Position numbers and translations under genes: made by a program. Under the pieces are notes generated by a model. The model made no database searches. It saw only the letters and a program-made list of their open reading frames with translations, and was not told the origin of the DNA. Shown here piece by piece: positions 38,923 through 49,449 of a DNA stretch of 64,000 nt (position 1 is the first letter of the stretch; every line of letters starts with the position of its first letter). This DNA comes from Dehalococcoidia bacterium. Lineage in GTDB: Bacteria; Chloroflexota; Dehalococcoidia; Lucifugimonadales; UBA3495. The stretch is from contig OY730415.1 of NCBI GenBank assembly GCA_963422635.1, forward strand, positions 1,073,231-1,137,230, read 5' to 3'.

Positions 38923-39771
38923 TTACGGGATTAGCTCGGCGCATTGGTCGAGGCGCGGCATCACCTCATCCCGCTCTGCTGAGGGCAGGCCGAAAATCAG
39001 GCGGTCAACGCCCGCTTCGGCCATCCGTTCCACCGTGTCTTCCCGGGGGCGGCCCATCCAATAGACGGAAACGGGCAGGTTGTCCGGGTCGCGGCCTGCC
39101 TCTTTCGCTTGGCGGCGCAGCAAGGCGATCTTTTCACCCAGGCTGCCCTCTTGCCCCGGCCGCCCGGCAATAGGCATCCAGCCGTCGCAGAACTCGATTA
39201 CCCGGTCAAAAGTTCGGGGGCCGTCGCCGCCCATAAAGATCGGGGGATGGGGCTTCTGCGCCGGCTTAGGATAGGCCCATAGCTTGTCGAAATTGACCAA
39301 CTCCCCGTGAAACTCCGCTTCCTCCTCCGTCCAGATAGCCTTCATCGCCAGCGTCCGCTCCCGTAGTAGCCGCCAGCGGCGCCGGTAGTCAGTACCGTGG
39401 TTTTCCATCTCTTCGGCGTTCCAACCCCCGCCAATGCCGAACATAAACCGCCCGTTGGAAAGCAGATCCAAGCTGGCGATCTCCTTGGCAGTGGTGATAG
39501 GGTCGCGCTCCACGATGAGGCAAATACCGGTGCCCAGCTTCAACTTCGTGGTAACCGCGGCGGCGGCGCTGAGAGCCACGAAGGGGTCGTAGCTGTGCCA
39601 GTATTCCGGCGGCAGGTCGGCGCCGCCGGGCCAAGGACTGCGCCGGCTGGCCGGAATGTGCGTATGTTCCGGCACCCACAAGGACTCAAAGCCCCGTTCT
39701 TCCAGCAGCCGAGCTAGCTCGTCGGGCCGCATCGAGTAGTCAGTTACAAACATAAAAGCCCCGATTTCCAT
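38923..39771 (-). CDS. LLM-class F420-dependent oxidoreductase
   Basis: MEIGAFMFVTDYSMRPDELARLLEERGFESLWVPEHTHIP... is typical of the F420-linked LLM subfamily. Confidence 0.8.
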   Translation of the reverse strand: MEIGAFMFVTDYSMRPDELARLLEERGFESLWVPEHTHIPASRRSPWPGGADLPPEYWHSYDPFVALSAAAAVTTKLKLGTGICLIVERDPITTAKEIASLDLLSNGRFMFGIGGGWNAEEMENHGTDYRRRWRLLRERTLAMKAIWTEEEAEFHGELVNFDKLWAYPKPAQKPHPPIFMGGDGPRTFDRVIEFCDGWMPIAGRPGQEGSLGEKIALLRRQAKEAGRDPDNLPVSVYWMGRPREDTVERMAEAGVDRLIFGLPSAERDEVMPRLDQCAELIP

Positions 39772-39868
39772 GATGCCTCCTGCGCTTTTGGGTTCGCTTT
39801 TAGGTTGAGCGTAGCGATACGAGTTTACCAGGCCCGGCTCCAGTTTAACTTATGCCAACGCCGGCGGT

Positions 39869-40417
39869 TCAGAAAAAATTGCTCACGTTTTTGGCCGACA
39901 TAACGTTCTGGTCCAGAACCACCCTCCGGTAGGCAATCTGCCAGCCGCCGGCCGATCGGCGCAGAATATCCTCCCGGCAGCCCACGTAAAAATCCTCTTC
40001 CCGCTCGCCCCGGGTGCGATACACAATAAAGTTGGAATAGACCCTTACCTCTCCGGCAGTATCAGTGGGATGCGCCTCGATGTTGGCGATAAAGCGGCGA
40101 GTGCGGGACGGCGGGTCTTCGGCCCAGGCCATGCCGCTGTCCAACCGCTCAATGCGCCGGCGCAAAGTATCCCTAGTCTCATCCATAATCGCCAGCTCAT
40201 CCGGTTCGGTCAAGTCGAGAGCTTTCTGCGGGGCCTCCTCATTCAGGGAAGCCAGCGCCTTACTGCCCGCAGCGTAACGGTTACGGCGCATTGGCATCCA
40301 GTACCGCAGGTCTGCCGCCAGCAGTTCCAGCCACTGGTGATATTGCCGATTGTCCAGCAGACGAGCTTCCCGATACAGGAACTGTTCAATTTCCCGAAGC
40401 GCGCCATCCGTCATCAT
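39869..40417 (-). CDS. aromatic ring-hydroxylating dioxygenase, beta subunit
   Basis: 182 aa. The IEQFLYREARLLDNRQYHQWLEL... NTF2-like beta-subunit signature, directly downstream of the alpha subunit. Confidence 0.8.
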   Translation of the reverse strand: MMTDGALREIEQFLYREARLLDNRQYHQWLELLAADLRYWMPMRRNRYAAGSKALASLNEEAPQKALDLTEPDELAIMDETRDTLRRRIERLDSGMAWAEDPPSRTRRFIANIEAHPTDTAGEVRVYSNFIVYRTRGEREEDFYVGCREDILRRSAGGWQIAYRRVVLDQNVMSAKNVSNFF

Positions 40418-40467
40418 CGTTTATCTCCGGGGCCAGGGGATTGCCGCCGCTTGTTCTTTAAGGCCCG

Positions 40468-41874
40468 TTAGGGTTTTTCGGGGTTCCCCGACGACTGCCC
40501 GGGCAGGTCGGCCCAGCTATCGGCAGCCATCACCTCGGCCCAGCGGCGGTAGAACTGGCGATGGTTGCTCTCGCTCAGACGGTAATCGCTGGCCCAAGCG
40601 CCCAACTCGGGCCGGTAAGCCTCGTGGCCCAAGCCCATCTGCATATTCAGGTCATAGCGGCGGGATACAACGCCCCGGCAGGTGTGGGTACATTCCTGCC
40701 AATTGTCCATATCATCCTGCTCAAAGGCGTCGGAAGGCCCGAACCCTCGCAGCCCGTTCAGCCGCAAGGCCTCCCGCACCGGCGGCGGAGCGGCTTTATC
40801 CACAAAAATCCACGCCCAGACCTCAATCTGGCCCGGCCCCTTGGGGTGCCAGACCCGGAAGGAGTGGGAAGTGGAGCGAATCATCGAAAAGTTGGGAAAT
40901 ACGGTGGCGACAATTGGGCTGACCGCTTGCAACCGTTCCCCCAGACGCCTTTCCGCTTCCGGGCGACACTCCTGCTCATAGGCCACCAGTTCCGGGTCCG
41001 GCGCCTCGGCGATGTCGTCCCCGCCCAGGGCAATGACGCAGTGCCCTTGTCCTGGAGAAAGCAGCGTCCCGCCGACGCTGGAGCGCAGCCGGAAGTCTCC
41101 GGCGAAACCGCTGCGGATGGCGGACAGGTGGCTCCAGGCCACGTGGTAGGCATCCCCGGCGAAGTTCTCCGCCGGCAGTTTCCAGTTGCAGGGAACCACC
41201 CACTTGTGGACTCCGCCCAAGACTTCCACCCCGCCTTCCCGCCGATCAAAGAAGGTGTCCAAATACCAAGCCATTTCTCCCAGGTACTCCCGCAGCGGCG
41301 GCGCCGCCGGGTCGAAGGTGGCAAAGATGAGGCCCTTATAGTTAGCCAACTGCGCCACCGAAATCAAATTCCATTGCTCCAAGTCCAGCTGCTCAAAATA
41401 GGCGTCCCGGAAATTAGGAACGGATACCAGCCGGCCGTCGTTGGCGTAAGTCCAGCCGTGATAGGCGCAGGTCAAGGTGGCGGCGTTGCCGGAATCGGCC
41501 CGGCACAACCGGTTTCCCCGGTGCCGACAGAAATTGATAAAGGCGTTGACCCGACCGCCGCTGTCCCGCATTACCAGCGCCGGGTCTTCCCCCATATAAG
41601 TGGTGAAAAAATCGCCGGAGCGCGGAATCTGGCTTTCGTGGCAGAGAAACAGCCAGCAGCGAGCAAAGATACGCTCCAACTCCTGCTCGTAAATGTCCGG
41701 CTCGATGAATATACGGCGGCTTACCAACCCCCGCTCCAGATTTACCAGGCTTTTCACTTCTGCAACCACGCTACGCCTCTTTATCGCGGAAAGGTTCAGC
41801 TTTCCGCCTCCCGCTCGCGGGGAGCCTATCGAGCCAGCCGCCCCCATCCCTGGCTCCTCGGCTTGCTCCGTCAA
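40468..41874 (-). CDS. Rieske aromatic ring-hydroxylating dioxygenase, alpha subunit (start uncertain)
   Basis: Rieske CRHRGNRLC...CAYHGW and catalytic-domain His/Asp context. Confidence 0.85.
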   Translation of the reverse strand: MTEQAEEPGMGAAGSIGSPRAGGGKLNLSAIKRRSVVAEVKSLVNLERGLVSRRIFIEPDIYEQELERIFARCWLFLCHESQIPRSGDFFTTYMGEDPALVMRDSGGRVNAFINFCRHRGNRLCRADSGNAATLTCAYHGWTYANDGRLVSVPNFRDAYFEQLDLEQWNLISVAQLANYKGLIFATFDPAAPPLREYLGEMAWYLDTFFDRREGGVEVLGGVHKWVVPCNWKLPAENFAGDAYHVAWSHLSAIRSGFAGDFRLRSSVGGTLLSPGQGHCVIALGGDDIAEAPDPELVAYEQECRPEAERRLGERLQAVSPIVATVFPNFSMIRSTSHSFRVWHPKGPGQIEVWAWIFVDKAAPPPVREALRLNGLRGFGPSDAFEQDDMDNWQECTHTCRGVVSRRYDLNMQMGLGHEAYRPELGAWASDYRLSESNHRQFYRRWAEVMAADSWADLPGQSSGNPEKP

Positions 41875-41915
41875 CTAGAGAAGCGATAGAGCGGGTAAGG
41901 GAGCGTTGCCTTGCC

Positions 41916-42668
41916 CTACTTCGCCGTAAAGCCGCCATCGATCACCAACTCGCTGCCGGTAACGAAGGATGCCTCGTCGGAGGCCAAGTACAGCGCCCCG
42001 TAGGCGATGTCCTCGGGCTGGCCGACCCGGCCCAAGGGAATGCGGGATTCGCTCTGACGCAGAATTTCCGGGTCGGACTGTCGCTCGGCGGTCATCGGAG
42101 TGGCTACCGAACCGGGATGCACCGAGTTGGCCCGGATGCCGTCCGAGGCGTACTGAATGGCGGTAGTCTTGGTCAGCAGCCGCACCGCTCCCTTGGAGGC
42201 ATTATAGGCGGCCTGCACCGTGTCCTGCCCCACCAACCCAGAGATGGAGGAGATGTTGATGATGGAACCGCCGCCGGCCCGGCGCATTTCCGGTATCGCC
42301 GCTCTCGTTCCCAGAAAGACGCCCTTGCCGTTCACCTCCATAATCCGGTCCCACTCCGCGCCGCTGGAATCCTCCAGGCGACCCCAGCTTACGATGCCGG
42401 CGTTGTTGACCAGGATGTTCAGCTTGCCGTAACGGTCAACGGCGGCTTGGACAGCGGCGGCCCAGTCGGCTTCGCTAGTAACGTCCAGGTGAACATAGGT
42501 GGCCGCGCCGCCCCCCGCGCGAATCTCGGCCTCCACCTGCGACCCCAAATCGTCGAGAATGTCTCCCAATACCACTTGGGCCCCCGCGGCGGCAAACATC
42601 CGGGCCTCGCAAGCCCCCTGGCCCCGGGCCCCGCCGCTAATCAAGGCTACTTTTCCTGCCAGTCGCAT
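41916..42668 (-). CDS. SDR-family dehydrogenase (possible cis-diol dehydrogenase of the dioxygenase cluster)
   Basis: ALISGGARGQG, NNAG and YNASKGAV motifs. Start at the ATG preceded by GGAGG. Confidence 0.8.
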   Translation of the reverse strand: MRLAGKVALISGGARGQGACEARMFAAAGAQVVLGDILDDLGSQVEAEIRAGGGAATYVHLDVTSEADWAAAVQAAVDRYGKLNILVNNAGIVSWGRLEDSSGAEWDRIMEVNGKGVFLGTRAAIPEMRRAGGGSIINISSISGLVGQDTVQAAYNASKGAVRLLTKTTAIQYASDGIRANSVHPGSVATPMTAERQSDPEILRQSESRIPLGRVGQPEDIAYGALYLASDEASFVTGSELVIDGGFTAK

Positions 42669-42730
42669 TTTGCCGCCTCCTGGTTTGTTGTTATCGCTTT
42701 GTTGACTGATACCGCTAGTCGGGATTTGGG

Positions 42731-43522
42731 TCAGGCCAGCCCCTGCCACAATCCGCCGGCGACAATGCTGGCGCCGACAATGATTACGAACCAGCCGAAA
42801 TTGACTCGATGCGCCAAGCCAACCAAAACTTTGACCGTAACAAAGCCAGTAACCGCCGCCATGGCCAAGGCTAATAACGCCTCTGGCGAGGCGTGGAAAT
42901 TGGATTTGAGGGCCGCGTACAGCCCGGCGCCCAAGCTGACCGGAACGCTCAACAGGAAACTGAGGGTCAGAGCCTCCCGGCGGTCAACGCCGCGTCCCAG
43001 CAAGGCCGACACCGTTAGCCCGGAGCGGCTTAGCCCGGGCAGCGCGGCAAGTCCTTGGGCTACGCCGGTAAGTATCCCGTCATGCCAGGTTACGTTATCG
43101 CGGATGCGCGTCCCTCTCTCCGGTCGGCGCAGTAACGTCGCGCCGGTAACCAGCATCAGGCCGCCCACCGCCGCCATTGCCAAAGCGCCGATACGGTCGG
43201 AAAACTGGGGCAACCCGGTTAGCAGCAAAAACCCCAAGGGCGCGCTGACGCCGGTGGCAATAATCAGGAACACCAGCATCGGCGTAGGCTGCAACGGGTT
43301 GCGTGCCGCTGCGCCGATTACTTCGACCACCTCGCGCCGAAAGGCGACCAATGCCGATATTCCCGTCCCCAAGTGCAGCCATAACGAGAAGACGACCGCC
43401 TCTTGCAACGAGCTGCCGAACACCAGAGAATGAACCGTCGCCACCACGCCCTCGGAGCTGACCGGAAGCCACTCGACCAACCCCTGCGCTATGCCCAGCA
43501 GCGCGGCTTCGACAAAGCTCAT
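42731..43522 (-). CDS. uppP: undecaprenyl-diphosphate phosphatase
   Basis: GIAQGLVEWLPVSSEG near the N-terminus and the SRSG motif. Polytopic membrane protein of the right size. Confidence 0.85.
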   Translation of the reverse strand: MSFVEAALLGIAQGLVEWLPVSSEGVVATVHSLVFGSSLQEAVVFSLWLHLGTGISALVAFRREVVEVIGAAARNPLQPTPMLVFLIIATGVSAPLGFLLLTGLPQFSDRIGALAMAAVGGLMLVTGATLLRRPERGTRIRDNVTWHDGILTGVAQGLAALPGLSRSGLTVSALLGRGVDRREALTLSFLLSVPVSLGAGLYAALKSNFHASPEALLALAMAAVTGFVTVKVLVGLAHRVNFGWFVIIVGASIVAGGLWQGLA

Positions 43523-43534
43523 ACTAGCGCTGGC

Positions 43535-45243
43535 CTAACGCGCCGGGTAACGGGACAGGGTATTTTCCTCTTTGGTCATAAACTCCAGCAAAGCCGGACG
43601 CCCGGTTTCCATAACCGACTGGGCGCGCCGAATGGCCGGCCCTATCTCCGACGGATCTGTTATCCGCTCCCCGTATCCGCCCAACGCCTCGGCCAGCTTG
43701 GCGTAATCGCCATACAAGTTGGTGAAGCCGAACCGCTCGGCCGCCACCGGGTAGTTGCGGGCATAGCCGCTGAGCACGTGGTTATTCAGAACGATGGTCA
43801 TAATAGGTATCCGATGCCGCACCGCCGTCTCGATGTCCATTCCGGCCATTCCGATGGCGGCGTCGCCCATAATGTTGACTACCAGCTTGTCCGGCGCGCC
43901 CAGCTTGGCCCCCATGGCCAAGCCCAGGCCGTAGCCCAGTTGAGAGGAGTTGCCCCAGCCCAAGTAGCCCCGGGTACGATAGCCTCATAAAAAGGGATGG
44001 TCTGGTCCCGAGGATGACCGGAATCGTGGGTTACGATGGTTTGAGCGCGGTCAACCGTGTGCATCAAGTCCCAGATGACCCGATAGGGGTTGATGGGAAC
44101 TTCAGCGGAGGTCAACAGCGGCATCCATTCCGCCAGCCATTCATCCTTGACCTGCTTCACGGCGGCGGCCACTTGCCCGTTATCCTTGCGACCGTCGGGG
44201 CCAGCTTGTCGCTGCGCCTCTTCGATGAGCTGGCGCAACACCAACCGGGCGTCGCCGATGACCGCATGATGCAACTGCTCTTCCTTGTTCAGGTCTTTTT
44301 CGTCCACGGTGCACTGCACCAATGTCTTGCCCCGGGGAATGCCGACGGAAGCCAGGTTGGTCGTAAAGCTGCACCCGATGCCGAAAACCAGGTCGGCCTG
44401 GTCCAGAAAATGTCGGGCCATCCGGGTCATCGTTCCCGCGCCCACGCCCAAGGCCAGGGGGTGGTTTTCCGGGAAGGCGCTCTTGCCCGTGTTGGTAGTC
44501 ATTACCGGAGTGTTGACCAGTTCGGCGAACTCCGCCAACTCCTCCGATGCTTCGGCCCAAAGTACGCCCTGGCCGGCGTAAATTATCGGGTGGCGCGCCG
44601 CCAGCAGCGCTTTTACCGCATCGGCAACATCCCTGGGGTCGCCGGCGCTCTGGTAGCCCTTGACCGGCCGATAATCGAAGGCCGCTTCGTCGATTTCCTC
44701 CTGGGCCACGTCGCTGGGCACTTGCAGCATTACCGGGCTGGGCCGCCCGGAGCGCAGCAAGGTAAAGGCCCGGCGCATCAGCTCCGGGATCCGGTCGGCC
44801 TGGTTTATCGGCGCAACCCATTTGGTTACGCCCCGATAGGCTTCCATCGCGTTAAAGTCGGGCGGCTGCCCCAGCCGGTTGCGCGCCGTCCCGCCGGGCA
44901 GCGCCAGAATCGGCGTGGACTCGGCGTAGGCCTGGGCGATGCCCCCAAAGGCGTTCTCAATGCCCGGGCCAGCCTGGGTTACCACCACGCCGGTGCGCCG
45001 CCCGTTGGTTACCCGGGTATAGCCGTCAGCCATATTCACCGTGGTGCGCTCAGTGCGAGACATAATGGGTTGGATTCCGGCAATGGCGCAGGCTTCAATC
45101 AGCGTATTGGCCGGATAACAGAAAAGATACTCGGTTCCCTCCATTCTGAGTACGTTGGCGATGGCAGTATTGCCTTGTATAGCGTTCTCCTTTGCCGCGG
45201 ATTTCCGTTTTTTAACCGCTTTAACCAAAAATGACGCCAACAT
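43535..45243 (-). pseudogene. thiamine-diphosphate enzyme (acetolactate synthase-like family) with a -1 frame break
   Basis: The N-terminal and central domains are in ORF 43879-45243. The TPP-binding domain (IMGDAAIGMAGMDIETAV...LNN) is in ORF 43535-43963. The junction ...FYEAIVP/RGYLGWGNSS lies at the CCCCGGG run 43968-43974. Confidence 0.7.
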
Positions 45244-45398
45244 ACACGAATAAAAGCTAAAGATTACGCCTTCTCACCGAGCGCCCGGAAACCAAAGCTG
45301 AAGGATTTATCAACTAAATGCGGATTAGCATTCGTGTAATTCGCCCTATTCGCAGTTAAGCCGGAAGTTCTCAGCGTTTATATTGGCGTCATACGCGG

Positions 45399-45950
45399 TT
45401 AAACCGGCAATATCGGTTCGGTACTTCCCTCAGGCAGTTCTACCTCAAAGGCGTTGAGGACAAAGGCGGTTTGAGCGTAATTCCCCATCAGCACGGTCAA
45501 TTCCACCAAATGCTGGGGGCCGAACTGGGCCAGCGCGGCTTGAAAGGTATCCTGGCTTACCCGATGGGTTTGATAAAACTCGGTGGCGTAGGCCACCACG
45601 GCAGCTTCGTCAGCGGCCAGCTCCGGCAGGGGATGTCCCTCTCGCAGGGCGTCAATCAGGGCGTCGCTGATTCCCTCCCGCCGAGCCGCCGGAGCATGGG
45701 CGTTCCAGACATAGGGGCAATCCATCGCCCGGGCCGTGGCGATTATCGCCAGTTCCAGGATCCGCCGAGGAAAGGTGGTTTCGTAGCGCAAGTAGCTGGT
45801 CAACTCGCCCCGGCGCCGGGCCATCTCCGGGCTGTTGAGGGTGATAGAGCCAGGGCCGCCGGTAATCGGGCCGCCGGCGGTCAATTGGTCATAGGCTTCC
45901 TGAAACTGTTCCGGAATCGCATCTCGGGTAACGTTGGGCAGTCTTGCCAT
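45399..45950 (-). CDS. carboxymuconolactone decarboxylase (CMD/AhpD-like) family protein
   Basis: Paralogue of 6563-7117 (ARAMDCPYVWNAHA). Start at the ATG preceded by GGAGG. Confidence 0.8.
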   Translation of the reverse strand: MARLPNVTRDAIPEQFQEAYDQLTAGGPITGGPGSITLNSPEMARRRGELTSYLRYETTFPRRILELAIIATARAMDCPYVWNAHAPAARREGISDALIDALREGHPLPELAADEAAVVAYATEFYQTHRVSQDTFQAALAQFGPQHLVELTVLMGNYAQTAFVLNAFEVELPEGSTEPILPV

Positions 45951-46062
45951 GATTACCTCCTGCTCCCTTTCAACTCTAGCCTGGTTACTATGGCGGTTAG
46001 TATAGCGATTTTTGCTCAACTACTAAAGACTTGGCGTAGCGGGTCGTCCTCTTCCCGGAAAA

Positions 46063-47292
46063 TCAGGCCCGCAACAGCTTGGGCGTGAATACTGCCACGA
46101 GGCCGGTAAAGGCAATTCCCGCCAGGCCGATTAGAGTGGCGGCCCAAGGCGCCCCCCACAGCCCAGCCATTGCCCCGGAGCCGGCGCCGCCAAAGGTATA
46201 GGCGTAAATTGCCAGCGCCCTCAAACTCAACACCCGTCCCCGGTATTCCGGCAACGTCGTCCGCAGCAGCACGGTCAACATCATCACCTGGGTAGAGGAG
46301 AAAGCCATCCCGGTTGCCAGCAGAAGGGCCAGGGACAGGTACAGGTTAGAAGATAAGGAAAACACCGCCATACTGCCGTGCCAAATAACTATGGACAGAA
46401 TCATCAGCTTGCCGGTGTGCCGCAAGTTGCGCACGGTGGCCCAGCCCATCGACCCGCCGAGGGCGCCGAGGCCAAAGGCGGAAATCAACAAACCGAAGCC
46501 AGCCGATCCGGTGTTTAGCACATCCCGGGCGAAAATAGGCATCAGGGCAGTGTGAAAGGGCCAACCGGTCAGGTTGATAACCACCGCCATCAGCAAAGTG
46601 GCCCACAGCGCCTGTTCCCCCTTGACGTAGCGCAATCCCTCTATCACGGAGCGCAGTACCGAGACTCGTTGCTGGGGAGTGGCGCGCTGCAACGGGCGCA
46701 CGAACATAATCGAAATGCTGCCGCTGAAATATAGTACCGCAACGGTTAAATAAGCCCCCGGCGGCCCCCAGACAGCATACAGCAGGCCGCCCAACAGCGG
46801 CCCCAGAATGGTTGAGATATTTTGTCCCATACTAGTCAGGGCGGCGCCGTTGCTTATTTTATCCTCGGACAAAGTATCGGCAACCAAAGCCTGGGCGGTA
46901 GGCATTTGGAAGATGCGCACCATCCCCCCGCCCAGAGTTATCGCAAAAAGATGCCACACCTCCAACAACCCGGTCAGTAGCAGGGTCAGCGTCAGCAGAC
47001 CCAGGCACGTCATTATCAGCTCTACGGCGGCCAGCAGCCGGTGCCGGGGCAGGCGGTCGGCGATGGCCCCGGCAAAAATAGCCAGAAAGTTCAATCCCAT
47101 CCGGGCCGAGGCAATCAGCCCTACCAGCAAGGGTGAATCGGTCAACTGGAGAACAAACCACCCGAGTACTACCGCCTCCATCTGGCTGCCAATCTGAAAC
47201 AACGCGATCGAAGACCATACCAGGGCAAAGTTTCGCTGGCCTAAAATGGCAACGGGGTAAGCCGCCTGGCGTAGCGTTGCGCTTAATCTCAT
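46063..47292 (-). CDS. MFS transporter
   Basis: 409 aa with about 12 predicted TM segments. The ADRLPRHRLL loop after TM2 is typical of MFS. Confidence 0.75.
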   Translation of the reverse strand: MRLSATLRQAAYPVAILGQRNFALVWSSIALFQIGSQMEAVVLGWFVLQLTDSPLLVGLIASARMGLNFLAIFAGAIADRLPRHRLLAAVELIMTCLGLLTLTLLLTGLLEVWHLFAITLGGGMVRIFQMPTAQALVADTLSEDKISNGAALTSMGQNISTILGPLLGGLLYAVWGPPGAYLTVAVLYFSGSISIMFVRPLQRATPQQRVSVLRSVIEGLRYVKGEQALWATLLMAVVINLTGWPFHTALMPIFARDVLNTGSAGFGLLISAFGLGALGGSMGWATVRNLRHTGKLMILSIVIWHGSMAVFSLSSNLYLSLALLLATGMAFSSTQVMMLTVLLRTTLPEYRGRVLSLRALAIYAYTFGGAGSGAMAGLWGAPWAATLIGLAGIAFTGLVAVFTPKLLRA

Positions 47293-47313
47293 TCAGCTTT
47301 CCTTTAGTAAAAT

Positions 47314-47355
47314 AAAAGCGCCGGACGGATGATTCACCATCCGTCCGGCGCTTTT
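47314..47355. terminator. intrinsic terminator after the ABC permease genes
   Basis: 18-bp perfect stem AAAAGCGCCGGACGGATG / CATCCGTCCGGCGCTTTT with a 6-nt loop and A/T runs on both sides. Confidence 0.85.
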
Positions 47356-47405
47356 ATTCCCGGGCAAATCGCTCGTGTAAAGGCTAATAACGGGTAAACC
47401 GGCGC

Positions 47406-48308
47406 CTAAACGTTCCGCAACTTGGGGTCCAACCGGTCGCGCAGCCAATCGCCCAGCAGGTTCATAGACAGCACGGTCAGCAAGATCGCCAAGCCGGGGA
47501 AGAAAGACAGCCACCAGGCATTGATGACCAGCGCCCGCCCATCGGCTACCATCAGTCCCCAGGCCGGGTTCGGCGGCGGAATGCCGGCGCCCAGAAAACT
47601 CAGCGACGCCTCCAGGATGATGACTACGCCCACTTCCAGAGTTGCCAATACAATGATGGTATTCACTACGTTGGGCAGCAGATGGCGCAGAATTATTCGG
47701 CTGGTGGAAGCTCCGGCGACCCGCGCCTTGGCTACGAAATCCTGGCTGCGCATACTCAATACCTCGCCGCGCACCAGCCGGGCGTAACGAGTCCAGAGAG
47801 TCAGCGCCACCACGATAATCACCGTAAAATAGCTCGGCCCCAACGCCGCCGCCAGAATCAAGGCCAGCAAAATCGAAGGAATAGAAATCTTTATATCGAC
47901 CAAGCGCATTATTATGTGGTCCCACAACCCTCCGAAATAGCCGGCCAGCAACCCCAAAGTGGTGCCAACCAACCCGCCGCAGACGATGGAAATCGCCGCA
48001 ATGGTCAGGGAGATACGCGCGCCGTAGATAATACGACTTAACATATCGCGGCCTAGCTTGTCGGTGCCCAAGGGGTGACTCCACGAGCCGCCTTCCAGCC
48101 AGGCGGGTGGTTGGAGCCGTTCCAGAATGTTGCCCTTGAACGGGTCGTGGGGAGCCACGTAGTCGGCGAAAACCGCCGGAGTAACCAGCACGAACAGCAA
48201 TACGGCCAGGGACAGCAGGGGAAATCGCCGCGCCCAATTCATTCCCCGCTGGATGCGTCCGCCGAGTTCCCTTGAGGATTCGGGCAAGGCTTGAGCTACG
48301 TTAGCCAT
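47406..48308 (-). CDS. ABC transporter permease (peptide/nickel, DppC/OppC type)
   Basis: 300 aa with 6 TM segments and the EAA-like loop ...ARVAGAS..RII.RHLLPN. Confidence 0.85.
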   Translation of the reverse strand: MANVAQALPESSRELGGRIQRGMNWARRFPLLSLAVLLFVLVTPAVFADYVAPHDPFKGNILERLQPPAWLEGGSWSHPLGTDKLGRDMLSRIIYGARISLTIAAISIVCGGLVGTTLGLLAGYFGGLWDHIIMRLVDIKISIPSILLALILAAALGPSYFTVIIVVALTLWTRYARLVRGEVLSMRSQDFVAKARVAGASTSRIILRHLLPNVVNTIIVLATLEVGVVIILEASLSFLGAGIPPPNPAWGLMVADGRALVINAWWLSFFPGLAILLTVLSMNLLGDWLRDRLDPKLRNV

Positions 48309-48340
48309 TAAACCGCCCCTTTGTTACTCCGGCGCCCCGG

Positions 48341-49264
48341 TCAGGATGTATAGCGAATTCGGGGGTCGAGGTACGCATAAAGTATATCCACCAACAGGTT
48401 GCTTGCGATATAGATAACGCCGAAAAACAGTACCACACTCTGCACTACCTGGAAGTCCCGGGCGCGCAGAGCGTCAATCGCCAGCAAACCCACGCCCGGC
48501 CAAGCGAACACCGTCTCTATCACCACCGAGCCGGTAAGAAAACCGCCCAGAATAAACCCGAAATAGGTCAGGGGAGCGATAGCGGCGTTGCGCAAACAGT
48601 GCTTCCAAACCACCTTCCAGTTCGGTATCCCCTTGATGCGCGCCAGCTTGACATACTCGCTGTCCAGCACCTCCAGCATAGACGAGCGAGTTAGCCGCAT
48701 TACCGCCGCCACCTGGAACCAGCCCAAAGCGAAGGCCGGCATTACCAGGCTGGCGACCCCCTCCCGCCCGGAAGCGGGCAGCCAACCCAACGTCACCGCA
48801 AAAATCCAGATGAGGATGATCCCTACCCAGAAGGAAGGCGCCGCTTGCCCCAAAAGGGCGACAACCTTGCCGGCATAGTCAATGCCCGTATCCTTCTTGA
48901 CCGCCACCATCACCCCCAGGGGCAGGGCCAACAGGGCCGCCACGACCAGGGACAAGGCCGACAATTGCAGGGTAGCGGGCAGGCGGGCGAATATCAGGTC
49001 GCGGGTAGACCGACCGGGCCACTTGATAGAAACGCCAAAGTCGCCCTTAAGCACATTGCCCAGATACACCAAGTACTGAATGTGCAACGGCTTGTCTAGC
49101 CCCCACAACTCGGCGGTCTGGATGAAATCCTGCTCCGTGGCGTCTTCGGGCAGCAACACGTCCATCGGGTTGCCCGAAATGCGCGCCAGAGAAAAAACGA
49201 TAATGCTCATGGCGAACAGGGCCAGGAGAGCGTGAAACAGGCGAACTACGATGTAACGCTGCAT
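48341..49264 (-). CDS. ABC transporter permease (peptide/nickel, DppB/OppB type)
   Basis: MQRYIVVRL... N-terminus and YVKLARIKGIP loop. Start at the ATG preceded by GGAGG. Confidence 0.85.
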   Translation of the reverse strand: MQRYIVVRLFHALLALFAMSIIVFSLARISGNPMDVLLPEDATEQDFIQTAELWGLDKPLHIQYLVYLGNVLKGDFGVSIKWPGRSTRDLIFARLPATLQLSALSLVVAALLALPLGVMVAVKKDTGIDYAGKVVALLGQAAPSFWVGIILIWIFAVTLGWLPASGREGVASLVMPAFALGWFQVAAVMRLTRSSMLEVLDSEYVKLARIKGIPNWKVVWKHCLRNAAIAPLTYFGFILGGFLTGSVVIETVFAWPGVGLLAIDALRARDFQVVQSVVLFFGVIYIASNLLVDILYAYLDPRIRYTS

Positions 49265-49449
49265 TTCCCTCCTCCCGGAGACGCCGGAGACGCCTTGCCC
49301 AGGCTTGCCGCCCTCAGAGTTCCCTAATTTCCCTAATAGAGTTCCCGAAGATGGCAATATGGCGAGTGCGCCGCAACACCGGGTCTGACCGGCCCATTGG
49401 GCGCACTACCGTACCTCCCGGTTCCGCTGCTGCCGACGGGGGGCGTCGC

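Noticed and set aside
40561-41889. 442-aa plus-strand ORF
   Set aside because: It is antisense shadow of the Rieske alpha-subunit gene.
44014-45234. 406-aa plus-strand ORF
   Set aside because: It is antisense shadow of the TPP-enzyme gene.
47293-48237. 314-aa minus-strand ORF overlapping the permease gene in another frame
   Set aside because: The Arg/Gly-rich translation crosses the terminator hairpin. The permease frame has clear family motifs.
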